NCBI GenBank assembly: GCA_030532225.1
Contig: JAUNLQ010000003.1
Coordinates: forward strand, 77,715-141,714
Length of the DNA stretch: 64,000 bases
Origin: Bacillota bacterium
GTDB lineage: Bacteria > Bacillota > Clostridia > Tissierellales > Peptoniphilaceae
Direction of reading: 5' to 3'
Shown: piece by piece, positions 37,466 to 46,424 of the stretch
Layout: every line of letters begins with the position of its first letter
How positions within the stretch are numbered: position 1 is the first letter of the stretch
Position numbers and translations under genes: made by a program
Notes under the pieces: model-generated
What the model saw: the letters and a program-made list of their open reading frames with translations, nothing else
The model's database searches: none
Told to the model about the DNA's origin: nothing

Positions 37466-38209
37466 TTATTTAACTTGTGCAAGGGCTTGGTCAAGGGCAG
37501 CTTGTAGGTTTACAATTGCTTCCTTAACTTCTCTAACTGTAGACCTAGAGTCTAGTTGAACTCCAACTGCCTTAGTAATGTTAGCATTTAGTTCCTTGTA
37601 AACTTCAAAAGTCACCTTTCCTAAAATTTTTCTATCTCTTTCAAATCTAGTAGCCCAAATAGCCTTGTCCAGGTCTCTTTTTACATAGATTGTAGCAAGG
37701 TCGTCATCTTGAACATCTGGCATAGACTTGGCAACTTGGATTGCTTGTTGCAAGGTGAAAAATTCAGCCCTAATATCTTCAACGGCTCTGAAAGGATCTG
37801 CAGCTACAAAGATAGCCCTAGTAATAGCAAAGCCAAGTTCAGTATGGGCAGATCTTACCTTAGTTGTTAGTTCTGTAGTAGCCACTGTAATAGTTTTTGC
37901 AACTTCACTTAGTAGCTCAATTCTAATAGAAATAGAATCTAAGTCATAAATAGTTTCAAGGGAGAAACGAGCACCTGAAGCCTTTAAGTCTGCAGCTTCA
38001 GCAGAGCTTTCAAGTTTCATTAAACTTTTTTCAAGATTTTTTGTCATTCTTGCATAAGAAGAATTAAGCTGACTGTTTTCCAATAGATCTACTTGATCCA
38101 TAACTTGATTAAAGCTATCTTCGTAAGTAGCTTGGTTTGCAAAAGCTGTTAAAGGCGATGCAAAAAGTACAAGAGCCAATAGTAGTACAAATAAATTGCT
38201 TTTTTTCAT
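37466..38209 (-). CDS. CAMP factor family pore-forming co-haemolysin
   Basis: Signal peptide; ETIYDLDSI, AH..LGFAIT, DPF, ATIYVK..LDKAIWATRFERDRKIL, ITKAVGVQL match streptococcal Cfb/Cfa motifs. Start at ATG 38209 after GGAGG. Confidence 0.9.
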   Translation of the reverse strand: MKKSNLFVLLLALVLFASPLTAFANQATYEDSFNQVMDQVDLLENSQLNSSYARMTKNLEKSLMKLESSAEAADLKASGARFSLETIYDLDSISIRIELLSEVAKTITVATTELTTKVRSAHTELGFAITRAIFVAADPFRAVEDIRAEFFTLQQAIQVAKSMPDVQDDDLATIYVKRDLDKAIWATRFERDRKILGKVTFEVYKELNANITKAVGVQLDSRSTVREVKEAIVNLQAALDQALAQVK

Positions 38210-39082
38210 TATAAAGCCTCCAAATAAAATTATTTTTTTAGTCTTCATAAAATAATAAAAGACCAGAATATAATTTGTTTCTCAAATATTCAAACACATT
38301 GAATACTGGCAATTTATACAGAAAATATAAATCACTTCCAATAGTTTCCTTTAATGGCCATTTACTAAAAAACAATACTTTTATTTTGCAAATTAAATAA
38401 GCCAAAGAATACAAGGACTCCTTTTTTACACTTATAACAAATAGACTTTTATTGTAAGTGTCTTCCTTATTCTCTAAGTTTATATTTGCCAAAGAAAAAT
38501 ATACTCATTGTACAATGCATAGGTAGATAGGAGCTAGTATTACTTAAGGCTAAAAATAAATTCCCAATAGCTAAACAAAGTTTGTTAACTATTAAAGCCC
38601 TGTATTTTACACCTTTGTAAGACTGCCTGATAATATCTACACAAGCAGTATATCATAGAAAGATGGAAAAGTTTATCCCTTGCCTTTAGATTTTAAGAAG
38701 ATTTCACAAATGATAGAGACACTCATTAGCATCTATACATATGTCCTTTGAAAGCTTGAAAACAAGCCATTTATCCCAGAGATTTTTCCTATTAATTTCT
38801 GGTCATATTTTCATAAATATAACACATTTTAAGCTAATGTCTTTTATAATATGTTTTTTTATACATATTTTTAAGCAAATATATTTTCTAATTTTGTCTT
38901 TATTTTTTTCATATTGAAATTATTAAAATTTTTTCCTGTCTACTTCTTCTACAAGGTCAAGAAAAAACCATATGGCTTTTTGTCCATATGGCTTTCTTAA
39001 AATTATTTTAAATTTTTTAGCTTACTAGGATGGAAGCTTTTTTGATTTTGGTTCTTCTGTAGTTTATCTAGTTTTTTTTCCT

Positions 39083-41524
39083 TTAGATTTCTACTGCTGA
39101 ACCGCCCTCCGACTCAAAGATAACATTGTAATCTACATTTTCTAGCCATTTTGCATATAGGACAAAGTCACAATCTACTACTGTGTCAAAGCTGTAGATG
39201 TTTTCACAGCTTTCGTCTGTGCACCAGCCTACAAAGATATAGCCTAATCTTCTTGGGCAACTTGGTTCTATTAGTCTTTGGCCTGGTTTTAGTCTTTGGC
39301 TAGCTACTAGACTGCCTTCATTTGAGTCAAAGCTTACTGTGTATTCTACATCTTCTATCCATTTTGCATAAAGGATTAGGTCCCTAGTAACTTCCCTGCT
39401 AAAGTCGTAAATATTTTGGTAATCTTCATCTGTATACCAGCCTGCAAAGCTGTAGCCCTCTCTTGTAGGGTCTGTTGGCCTTGCTAGTCTTTGGCCTGGT
39501 CTTACTCCACGACTTTCTACTGCTGATCCTTCTTTTGTATCAAAGTTTACTGTATATTCCACATCTTCTAGCCATTTTCCATAAAGGATTAGGTCCCTAG
39601 TAACTTCTTCACTAAAGTCGTAAATATTTTCATAATCTTCATCTGTGTACCAGCCTACAAAGTTGTAGCCCTCTCTTGTAGGGTCAGTTGGCCTTATTAG
39701 TCTTTGGCCTGGTCTTAGTCTTTGGCTAGGAACTGGGCTGCCTTCTTTTGGATCAAAGCTTACTGTGTATTCTAAGGCTAGGTCTTCTATCCATTTTCCA
39801 TATAGAACAAGGTCTCCATTTACTTCTTTGTTAAAGTCATAAATATTTTGGTAATTTTCATCTGTATACCAGCCTGCAAAGCTGTAGCCCTCTCTTGTAG
39901 GGTCAGTTGGCCTTGCTAGCCTTTGGCCTGGTCTTAGTCTTTGGCTAGGAACTGGGCTGCCTTCTTTTGTGTCAAAGTTTACTATATAGTCTGCTACTTG
40001 TTCTTGGATCTTTGAATAAACATTTATAGCAAAGTCTTTTCCTGAACTTTGGATCTTATTTCTTGAGAAAATTATTTTGCCATTAAGATTATTTGTTGAA
40101 GATCCTTGGCTATTTAAGGCAAGAGGAATGTTCATTTCTGAACCTTGGCTATCTAAGGCTATTACTACAGTAAAGCTTTCTCCTGGATTAATTTCATTGT
40201 TGGCTGAATAAACTGGAACTGTATAATATCCAGTGTTGGCTAAACTTCCACTGGCTATTTTGTTTTCTTTGCTTAGATTTAGGTTGGTCCAATCTATGTT
40301 TTTTATTAGATGGACACTATAGCTTACTGTATCTTGGTTATAGTTCTTAAAGCCTATATCTGTAATCCTTTGGCTAGAATTACTGTTGTTTGTATAGGTG
40401 TTTGCATAAGCTAGTTCTTTTGCTCTGCTTATATTAAACATACTGCTATTAGGGTTATCATCTACCAAATATACATGGTCAGCCTGTCTGTTTCTAATAT
40501 TGTCAAAGGAGAAGAAGATTTGAGACTGGCCATCTATAGTTTCTGGGAATGAAGCATAACTTATCCAAAAATATCCCTTGTGGCCAAATTTTTCGCCCCA
40601 GCTGTTTTTGACTAAATATGCTCCTATGGCTCTTTGACCCCTTAAATTTTCAATGACCTTAGTATCATCCCAGCCTACAATTGTAACGTCATGGTTGCCA
40701 ACTGTGTGGACCCTATGGTAGCCTAAAAAATTATCGGCAGAAACACTATAAGGCCCAAAGTTTTCTGTTGATGAATCTGGCACATTGTAATAGTTATAAT
40801 CAGAGGCACTTTGGCCTGGTGCATAATAAGAGCCTATTACTGCCCCATGTTTAATTACCATTTCCTTTACAGCAGACTTGCCAAATATAATTAAATCTCC
40901 AACGTGTTTATTGCCTTGGATCTTATTCATGTCTCCATAAATATTTCCATAGCCTTTGCCACTAAAGTTATTTCCTAGTTGAGAAGTTGAAGAATAAGCA
41001 TTTTCATCTAGGGGCCCATTAAGTCTAGAAAAATATTGCATGGCAATTAAAGCATTGCCGCCAGTTTGTAGGTTTATGTCCCTATTGGCATTTTGGGCAA
41101 GATGCATTTCTGAAAAATCATAGTAGCTAGAACCATTAGTCCTTCCTAATTTCTGTTCAATAACTGCCAAACTTGAATGAGCCCAGCATGTTCCTGTTGG
41201 TCCCTGGTCTTTTACAGGAGACTGTAGGTGGTGTTTAGAAATATTAACATCTGTAATAATTATTGGATCAGGAATATATTGGGACAGAGCCTTTAAGCTT
41301 TGGCTAACCTTGTTTTCAACAACAGGAACCAAAGTTTGTGGAGGTATATAGCCATGTTTATATTCTTGTTTATGTTCTAAATAATATTCATATTCTGGAT
41401 TTCTTATACTTGCTACTTGGAAATCTGTTTCATGTGGGCATCTAGCACATACAGGCATAGAAGCCATGATAATAGAGATGGCAAGCACTAAAGAATAAAA
41501 TCTGTGCAATCGTTTTCTCTTCAT
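39083..41524 (-). CDS. Secreted papain-family (C1A) cysteine protease with lectin-like domain and InlB B-repeats
   Basis: Signal peptide, QGPTGTCWAHS, GNHDVTIVGWDD, VKNSWG, GYFWISY; four Y.V.FD..EGS...GWY....YDF..LY.KW repeats. Confidence 0.9.
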   Translation of the reverse strand: MKRKRLHRFYSLVLAISIIMASMPVCARCPHETDFQVASIRNPEYEYYLEHKQEYKHGYIPPQTLVPVVENKVSQSLKALSQYIPDPIIITDVNISKHHLQSPVKDQGPTGTCWAHSSLAVIEQKLGRTNGSSYYDFSEMHLAQNANRDINLQTGGNALIAMQYFSRLNGPLDENAYSSTSQLGNNFSGKGYGNIYGDMNKIQGNKHVGDLIIFGKSAVKEMVIKHGAVIGSYYAPGQSASDYNYYNVPDSSTENFGPYSVSADNFLGYHRVHTVGNHDVTIVGWDDTKVIENLRGQRAIGAYLVKNSWGEKFGHKGYFWISYASFPETIDGQSQIFFSFDNIRNRQADHVYLVDDNPNSSMFNISRAKELAYANTYTNNSNSSQRITDIGFKNYNQDTVSYSVHLIKNIDWTNLNLSKENKIASGSLANTGYYTVPVYSANNEINPGESFTVVIALDSQGSEMNIPLALNSQGSSTNNLNGKIIFSRNKIQSSGKDFAINVYSKIQEQVADYIVNFDTKEGSPVPSQRLRPGQRLARPTDPTREGYSFAGWYTDENYQNIYDFNKEVNGDLVLYGKWIEDLALEYTVSFDPKEGSPVPSQRLRPGQRLIRPTDPTREGYNFVGWYTDEDYENIYDFSEEVTRDLILYGKWLEDVEYTVNFDTKEGSAVESRGVRPGQRLARPTDPTREGYSFAGWYTDEDYQNIYDFSREVTRDLILYAKWIEDVEYTVSFDSNEGSLVASQRLKPGQRLIEPSCPRRLGYIFVGWCTDESCENIYSFDTVVDCDFVLYAKWLENVDYNVIFESEGGSAVEI
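39130..39990 (-). repeat. Four tandem ~210-bp coding repeats (InlB B / Flg_New)
   Basis: Near-identical DNA blocks such as CCAGCCTGCAAAGCTGTAGCCCTCTCTTGTAGGGTC recur; boundaries approximate. Confidence 0.9.
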
Positions 41525-41856
41525 AAGAATTTCCTCCTAGTAAATTATCTACTTATATTGTACCCCTAAAAAACAATTTTTACCATAGCAAACTGTTGAA
41601 AAATAGAAAGAATTGAAAAAAATATTTAACATAAACAAATATACTATACTGTTATTATGTACTTATTAATCTATAGTGATTTTGTGTTAATTATAGGCTT
41701 TTCAGCCTTTTCTTTTGAAATTTAAAAGTGATTTTTTTAGAAATAAGACCAATTTTGTGAACTTTAATCTTAATATGATTTTATATATTTATTATTATAA
41801 AAAGAGCTTAATAAAAGCCCTAGGCTTAGTTAAAAGCTAGGGCTTAGTTTTTTGTT

Positions 41857-42489
41857 TTACATTCTTGAATATACTATTTCCATAACCTCTGTTCTTAGGT
41901 CTTGGGCTGTTTTTAAAATTTCTTCCATTTTTTCAGTATTTTCTTTTACAAAGTCTTGGTCTTTTATACTGTTTAGGTTTATTCTTACATTTAGTAAGGA
42001 TCCTTTTAAGCCAGCATAAACTAATAGACAACCTACTCCAACGTCAGAAATTGCATTTATTGATCCTCTTATTGCCATTAGCTTCATTTCTTTTAAGCTG
42101 TCTAGGCAAAGAAGGGCTGTTTTTAGTGGTACTTCCATGGCTTCTTTGTAGCCTACTTGTATGGCTGCAGACCTGGCTTTCTTTTCTTCTTCTGTTTCTT
42201 TGGCCATGGCAAAGGCTGCCATTACTCCATCAAAGGCCTTTGTATCATCTTCCATAGCTTGTAGAAGTTTTTCTGTAAGGTCTTCAAATCTTTCTACTGC
42301 CTGGTCTAATTCTTTTTGTTCTTGGTCTGCTAGTTCTTTATAAACCTTTTTGCCTTTTGTAAGGTTATAAACCATAGAGTTTAAGGCTGCACCTATTGAT
42401 CCAGCTAGGGCTGATACTGAGCCTCCACCTGGTGTTGGGTCACCAGAAGCAGTACGGCTAACAAATTCTTCAATTGTAAGTTCTCTCAA
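41857..42489 (-). CDS. Cyclodeaminase/cyclohydrolase family protein (FchA-like)
   Basis: PTPGGGSVSAL, DTKAFD, NAISDVGV, NVRINL; TTG start at 42489 after GGAGG. Confidence 0.9.
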   Translation of the reverse strand: MRELTIEEFVSRTASGDPTPGGGSVSALAGSIGAALNSMVYNLTKGKKVYKELADQEQKELDQAVERFEDLTEKLLQAMEDDTKAFDGVMAAFAMAKETEEEKKARSAAIQVGYKEAMEVPLKTALLCLDSLKEMKLMAIRGSINAISDVGVGCLLVYAGLKGSLLNVRINLNSIKDQDFVKENTEKMEEILKTAQDLRTEVMEIVYSRM

Positions 42490-42500
42490 AATATTTCCTC

Positions 42501-43328
42501 CTAAATGTTTAAAATACCTTCTGCAAAAGTTCTTGCATTCATTCTTACATAAAACTTGTCTTCTTCTATAGTGGCTTCCATAATTGAATATTGGCCAGAA
42601 TTTAGTAGATGACAAATATTATCTATGTCTTCTCTCTTTATACCCTTAGCTAGGAGATATTTAACTATAAAGCCTAATTGATGCCTTGAGTCTAGTTTGT
42701 TAGTTGACTTCTTGGCCCTAGCTACATAAAAGAATACATTTTTAAATTCAGGGTCATAGTGGACTAGCAATTTGTCTTCTTCTAGGGAATTTCTAGAGCA
42801 GTCTATGTTTTTTCTTAGTTTAGAAAATTCTAAAGGGTCTGCTACATACAGGATTTTTGTTGCTAGCTTTTTGTCTGCTGTGGAAATTAGGACTTCATGG
42901 CTAGTTTGAGTATTTTCAATGTCTTCAATTATTACTTGTGGGAAGTCTATTTTGTGACAAACACCAACAGCCTTCATATCTTCATAGGATATGGAAACCT
43001 TAGACTTGTTTTCAGGGTCGTTTACTGTAATTTCCTTGTTGCCCATTTCTATTTCTCTAATAATTGAAGATTGGGTTAGGCTATAAACTGCTGCAACTTC
43101 AGCATAAAAACAATCGAACATTTCTTTTTTTGAGGAAAACACTCGCATTTCTAAGTTGTCAGATAGAGACGCCCTTATAAAAACAGTTCTATAGGCATTA
43201 AATACCTTAGCTATATCCTGCATTTCATCATCTGATAGGTTGTTTTTGTTGTCAATTACAACAGGGATACCCACCCCTTTTAGCTTTTCCTCGCCAAGTA
43301 TTTCTATATTATAAAAATTGTATTGCAT
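42501..43328 (-). CDS. Divergent PhzF/DAP-epimerase-fold protein
   Basis: N-terminal pattern LSDDEMQDIAKVFN..TVF..RVFS..E..C and C-terminal A..FAEG.L resemble PhzF; catalytic motifs are altered. Confidence 0.6.
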   Translation of the reverse strand: MQYNFYNIEILGEEKLKGVGIPVVIDNKNNLSDDEMQDIAKVFNAYRTVFIRASLSDNLEMRVFSSKKEMFDCFYAEVAAVYSLTQSSIIREIEMGNKEITVNDPENKSKVSISYEDMKAVGVCHKIDFPQVIIEDIENTQTSHEVLISTADKKLATKILYVADPLEFSKLRKNIDCSRNSLEEDKLLVHYDPEFKNVFFYVARAKKSTNKLDSRHQLGFIVKYLLAKGIKREDIDNICHLLNSGQYSIMEATIEEDKFYVRMNARTFAEGILNI

Positions 43329-44170
43329 TATTCACCTACTATTATTTCTATAATTCTTTGAAGGTCTTCATTGTCATAGTAGTTTATTGAAATAACCTTC
43401 TTTGTTTGGTCTATTTTTACCTTTGTTCCTAAAGAATTCATAAATTGTTCTTCAACTTTAAGAAGATGGTAGTTTTCTTCTTTTATTTTAGGCTTTCTCT
43501 TTTTCTTTTTGTTAAGATCTTTTACTGTTAAGCCGTTTTTTATTATTTCTAGGGCCTTTTGGTACTGGGCCTCTTTGTCAGTTATTGATAAAAGTTCACG
43601 ACCTATAGAATAGGAAATTTTTCCTTCCTTTAATAATTCCAAGACCCTTTCATCTAGTCTTAAAAGTCTTATGGTGTTGGAAATATATGGTCTGGACTTG
43701 CCTATACCCTTGGCTAAGTCTTCTTGCCTAAGTTGGTATTTGTCTATAAGAGTCTTATAGGCCAAGGCTTCTTCATAAGGGTTTAGGTCTTCTCTTTGAA
43801 CATTTTCAATTAAAGAAATCTTTTCCCTTTGTAAATCATCTAAGTCCTTTATAATTGCTGGAATTGTAGTCTTCTTCGCTAACTTAGAAGCCCTGTATCT
43901 TCTTTCTCCTGCAATTATTTCATACTTATCATCAAGTTTTCTTACTATTATTGGTTGGATTACTCCATAAGTTTCAATAGATTTTGCCAAATCTTCAAGC
44001 TTATCTGCTTCAAAGCTTTTTCTAGCCTGATCTTGGTTGGCTACAATATCTTGGATTTTAAGGTCTAAGACTTGATCTGTTTTTTGTGGCTTAATTAAAT
44101 CTTCTAAGTTATCCTTATCCTTTATAAATATATCTAGTCCTCGTTTTAAGCCGCCTTTTTTATTTGTCAT
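43328..44170 (-). CDS. parB: ParB/Spo0J chromosome partitioning protein
   Basis: GVIQPIIVR, IIAGERRYRA, LIENVQREDL, GKSRPYISNTIRLL. Confidence 0.95.
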   Translation of the reverse strand: MTNKKGGLKRGLDIFIKDKDNLEDLIKPQKTDQVLDLKIQDIVANQDQARKSFEADKLEDLAKSIETYGVIQPIIVRKLDDKYEIIAGERRYRASKLAKKTTIPAIIKDLDDLQREKISLIENVQREDLNPYEEALAYKTLIDKYQLRQEDLAKGIGKSRPYISNTIRLLRLDERVLELLKEGKISYSIGRELLSITDKEAQYQKALEIIKNGLTVKDLNKKKKRKPKIKEENYHLLKVEEQFMNSLGTKVKIDQTKKVISINYYDNEDLQRIIEIIVGE

Positions 44171-44936
44171 AGTCTTTCACCCTGGTTAATACTTCCTTTC
44201 CTAAAGCCTTATAATTCCATGCTCCCCTTGAAAGTGAATCATAATCAAAGATTGACTGTCCATAAGATGGAGCTTCAGCTAGTCTAACATTTCTTGCAAC
44301 TACAGTTTTAAAAACCTTATCTGCAAAAACTCTTTTGATTTCTTGAAAAACATCTGTAGCTAATCTGGTTCTAGAATCGTGCATAACCATAAGAACGCCA
44401 AGCAGTTCCAAGTCTGGATTGTAATTTTCTTGGACCATACGAATTGTTTCTATAAGCTGGCCAGTTCCTTCTAAGGCATAGAATTCTGATTGTACAGGTA
44501 TAATTACAAAATCACAGGCAATAAGTCCCATTAAAGAAAGAATGCCTAAAGATGGAGGACAGTCTATAATAATAAAGTCGTAGTCTTCTTTTACCACTTC
44601 TAAGCTGTCTCTTAATTTGTTATGCCAATCCATAGTATCTGCAAGTTCTATTTCCAAGCCTGCCAGATCGATTCCTCCAGCTACAAGGTCTACATCCTTG
44701 GCTGAAGATTGTATCTTAATTTCATCTACAGACTTTTGGCCTTTAATAAGGTCATAGACATTGGCTTCTAAAGAGCTTTTGTCAATTCCCAGGCCAGAAC
44801 TAGCATTTCCTTGAGGGTCCATATCAACCAGTAGAACCTTTTGTTTTTTTCTGCCTAAGGCTGCTGATAGGTTTATAGATGTAGTTGTTTTTCCAACTCC
44901 ACCTTTTTGGTTGAAAATTCCTATAACTTTTCCCAT
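44160..44936 (-). CDS. parA: ParA/Soj ATPase
   Basis: NQKGGVGKTTT, DMDPQGN, IDCPPSLG, RNVRLAEAPSYG. Confidence 0.95.
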   Translation of the reverse strand: MGKVIGIFNQKGGVGKTTTSINLSAALGRKKQKVLLVDMDPQGNASSGLGIDKSSLEANVYDLIKGQKSVDEIKIQSSAKDVDLVAGGIDLAGLEIELADTMDWHNKLRDSLEVVKEDYDFIIIDCPPSLGILSLMGLIACDFVIIPVQSEFYALEGTGQLIETIRMVQENYNPDLELLGVLMVMHDSRTRLATDVFQEIKRVFADKVFKTVVARNVRLAEAPSYGQSIFDYDSLSRGAWNYKALGKEVLTRVKDYDK

Positions 44937-45052
44937 ATTTCACCTCGCTTTTATATTTTATCATAGTTTCTATATTAAGTTAACTGTAAAAGCTTTTATT
45001 CTTGTCTTTAATGAAAATTTTACCTGCCTTTAATTTATGTAAATTTTTAAAA

Positions 45053-45144
45053 TGTTTCACGTGGAACATGGACTTTTATAATTTTAATGTTTCACGTGGA
45101 ACATCTTTGGAAAAAATAAAAAAGCTAATGTTTCACGTGGAACA
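45053..45144. promoter_or_regulatory. parS: Three parS sites
   Basis: TGTTTCACGTGGAACA at 45053-45068, 45088-45103 and 45129-45144. Confidence 0.95.
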
Positions 45145-45155
45145 TTAGCTTAGTC

Positions 45156-45689
45156 TTAATCTAAATTAAATATGTCTAATTGGTTTTCCAATACTTGGGT
45201 CTTTTTTTCTTCTTCTTGTTCTTGGATACTATCATAGCTTTCTATGTGCCTTGCTTCTTTATAGTCTTTAAAAAAAGATGTTTGGCCTTTTATTTGTGCT
45301 ACAGTCCTTGGCATATCCAAGGTAATTTCATAGGACCTGGAATTGTTTTCTCTTCCTTGGTTTTTGGCTTTTAACATGTTTTCTAAAAGAATTTGGTTGT
45401 CAGCCTGTCTTTGTTGGTCTCTAAGGTCTCTTTGTCTTTTCTTTTCTCTAAACTTTTCTACTTTAAAGTCTTTGTAATAGGAGCTTAAGTAAAAGGCAGT
45501 TATTAGAGCTGCAATAATCCTAGTTGTTAGTTGAATCCTATCGTCAATTTGTAGAAAATAAGGACTACCAGCAAAGTATGTTATTGCTATTATAAGAAAA
45601 ATATATTTTTTAAAGGGCTTCTTATCTTTTTTTATGTCCCATATAAAGAACATGCTTATGGCTAAATATATTATTGTTCTAATAATCAT
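45156..45689 (-). CDS. Hypothetical membrane protein
   Basis: About three N-terminal TM segments and a charged C-terminal tail. Confidence 0.7.
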   Translation of the reverse strand: MIIRTIIYLAISMFFIWDIKKDKKPFKKYIFLIIAITYFAGSPYFLQIDDRIQLTTRIIAALITAFYLSSYYKDFKVEKFREKKRQRDLRDQQRQADNQILLENMLKAKNQGRENNSRSYEITLDMPRTVAQIKGQTSFFKDYKEARHIESYDSIQEQEEEKKTQVLENQLDIFNLD

Positions 45690-45713
45690 TTTTATTCCTA
45701 CTTTTCTATCTTC

Positions 45714-46424
45714 CTATAGGGGTCTCTTTTTTATTTGTCCATAGGCCCTTGGATATTTTTTTGGACTTGCCTTAACTTTTTCTATTACTACCAAGGCTCT
45801 TTGGTTGTCATCCTTAGTTAGGTTAAATTTTATTACTTCCTTTAAGGATCCTCCAAGGGTTTTTATGGCTTTTTCAGCTTCTTGGACTTCTTGGTCTACG
45901 TTTTTTCCTTTCATAGCCACAAAGAGTCCTCCTGGTTTTACTAGGGGAAGGGCTAGCTCTACTAATATATTAAGTCTAGACACTGCCCTAGAAGTTGCAA
46001 GGTCAAAGCTTTCTCTCATTTTTGGATCCTTGCCTGCATCTTCACCTCTCATGTGGATAGTGTGGATATTTTTCAAGTCCATTTGATCTATTACAGAGTC
46101 TAGGAAGTTAAGTCTTTTCTTTAAAGAGTCTAGAAGGGTAATATCTAAGTTAGGGTTGGCAAGCTTTAAGGGAAGGCCTGGAAAGCCTGCTCCTGTTCCT
46201 ATGTCTACTAGTTTTTTTTCTTCATAAAATTCTGCTACTTTAAATAGGCATAGGGAATCTAGGAAGTGCTTTATATAGGCCTCTTCTTCTTCTATTATAT
46301 TTGTAAGGTCGGTTTTTTCGTTGCCAGCCTTTAGTAGCTTATAAAATTTTTCAAAGTCTTGGTAGTTCAGGTCTAGGTCTATAGCCTGGTCCTTAAGTCC
46401 TTGATCTAAAATCTGTCTAGACAT
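45714..46424 (-). CDS. rsmG: 16S rRNA m7G527 methyltransferase
   Basis: [33 protein letters not shown]. Confidence 0.96.
   Translation of the reverse strand: MSRQILDQGLKDQAIDLDLNYQDFEKFYKLLKAGNEKTDLTNIIEEEEAYIKHFLDSLCLFKVAEFYEEKKLVDIGTGAGFPGLPLKLANPNLDITLLDSLKKRLNFLDSVIDQMDLKNIHTIHMRGEDAGKDPKMRESFDLATSRAVSRLNILVELALPLVKPGGLFVAMKGKNVDQEVQEAEKAIKTLGGSLKEVIKFNLTKDDNQRALVVIEKVKASPKKYPRAYGQIKKRPL

Noticed and set aside
37466-41524. CAMP factor and protease as part of a prophage, ICE or transposon
   Set aside because: No integrase, transposase, att-like repeats or tRNA target are visible.
41857-42615. N-terminal extensions in the ORF track (also 6730, 14677, 23076, 25282, 38248)
   Set aside because: They overlap upstream genes or promoters; better-placed starts lie downstream, most with a clear RBS.
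45053-45144. Three short palindromic repeats as a mini CRISPR array
   Set aside because: The 16-mer is the canonical parS beside parAB; the spacers are too short and there are no cas genes.
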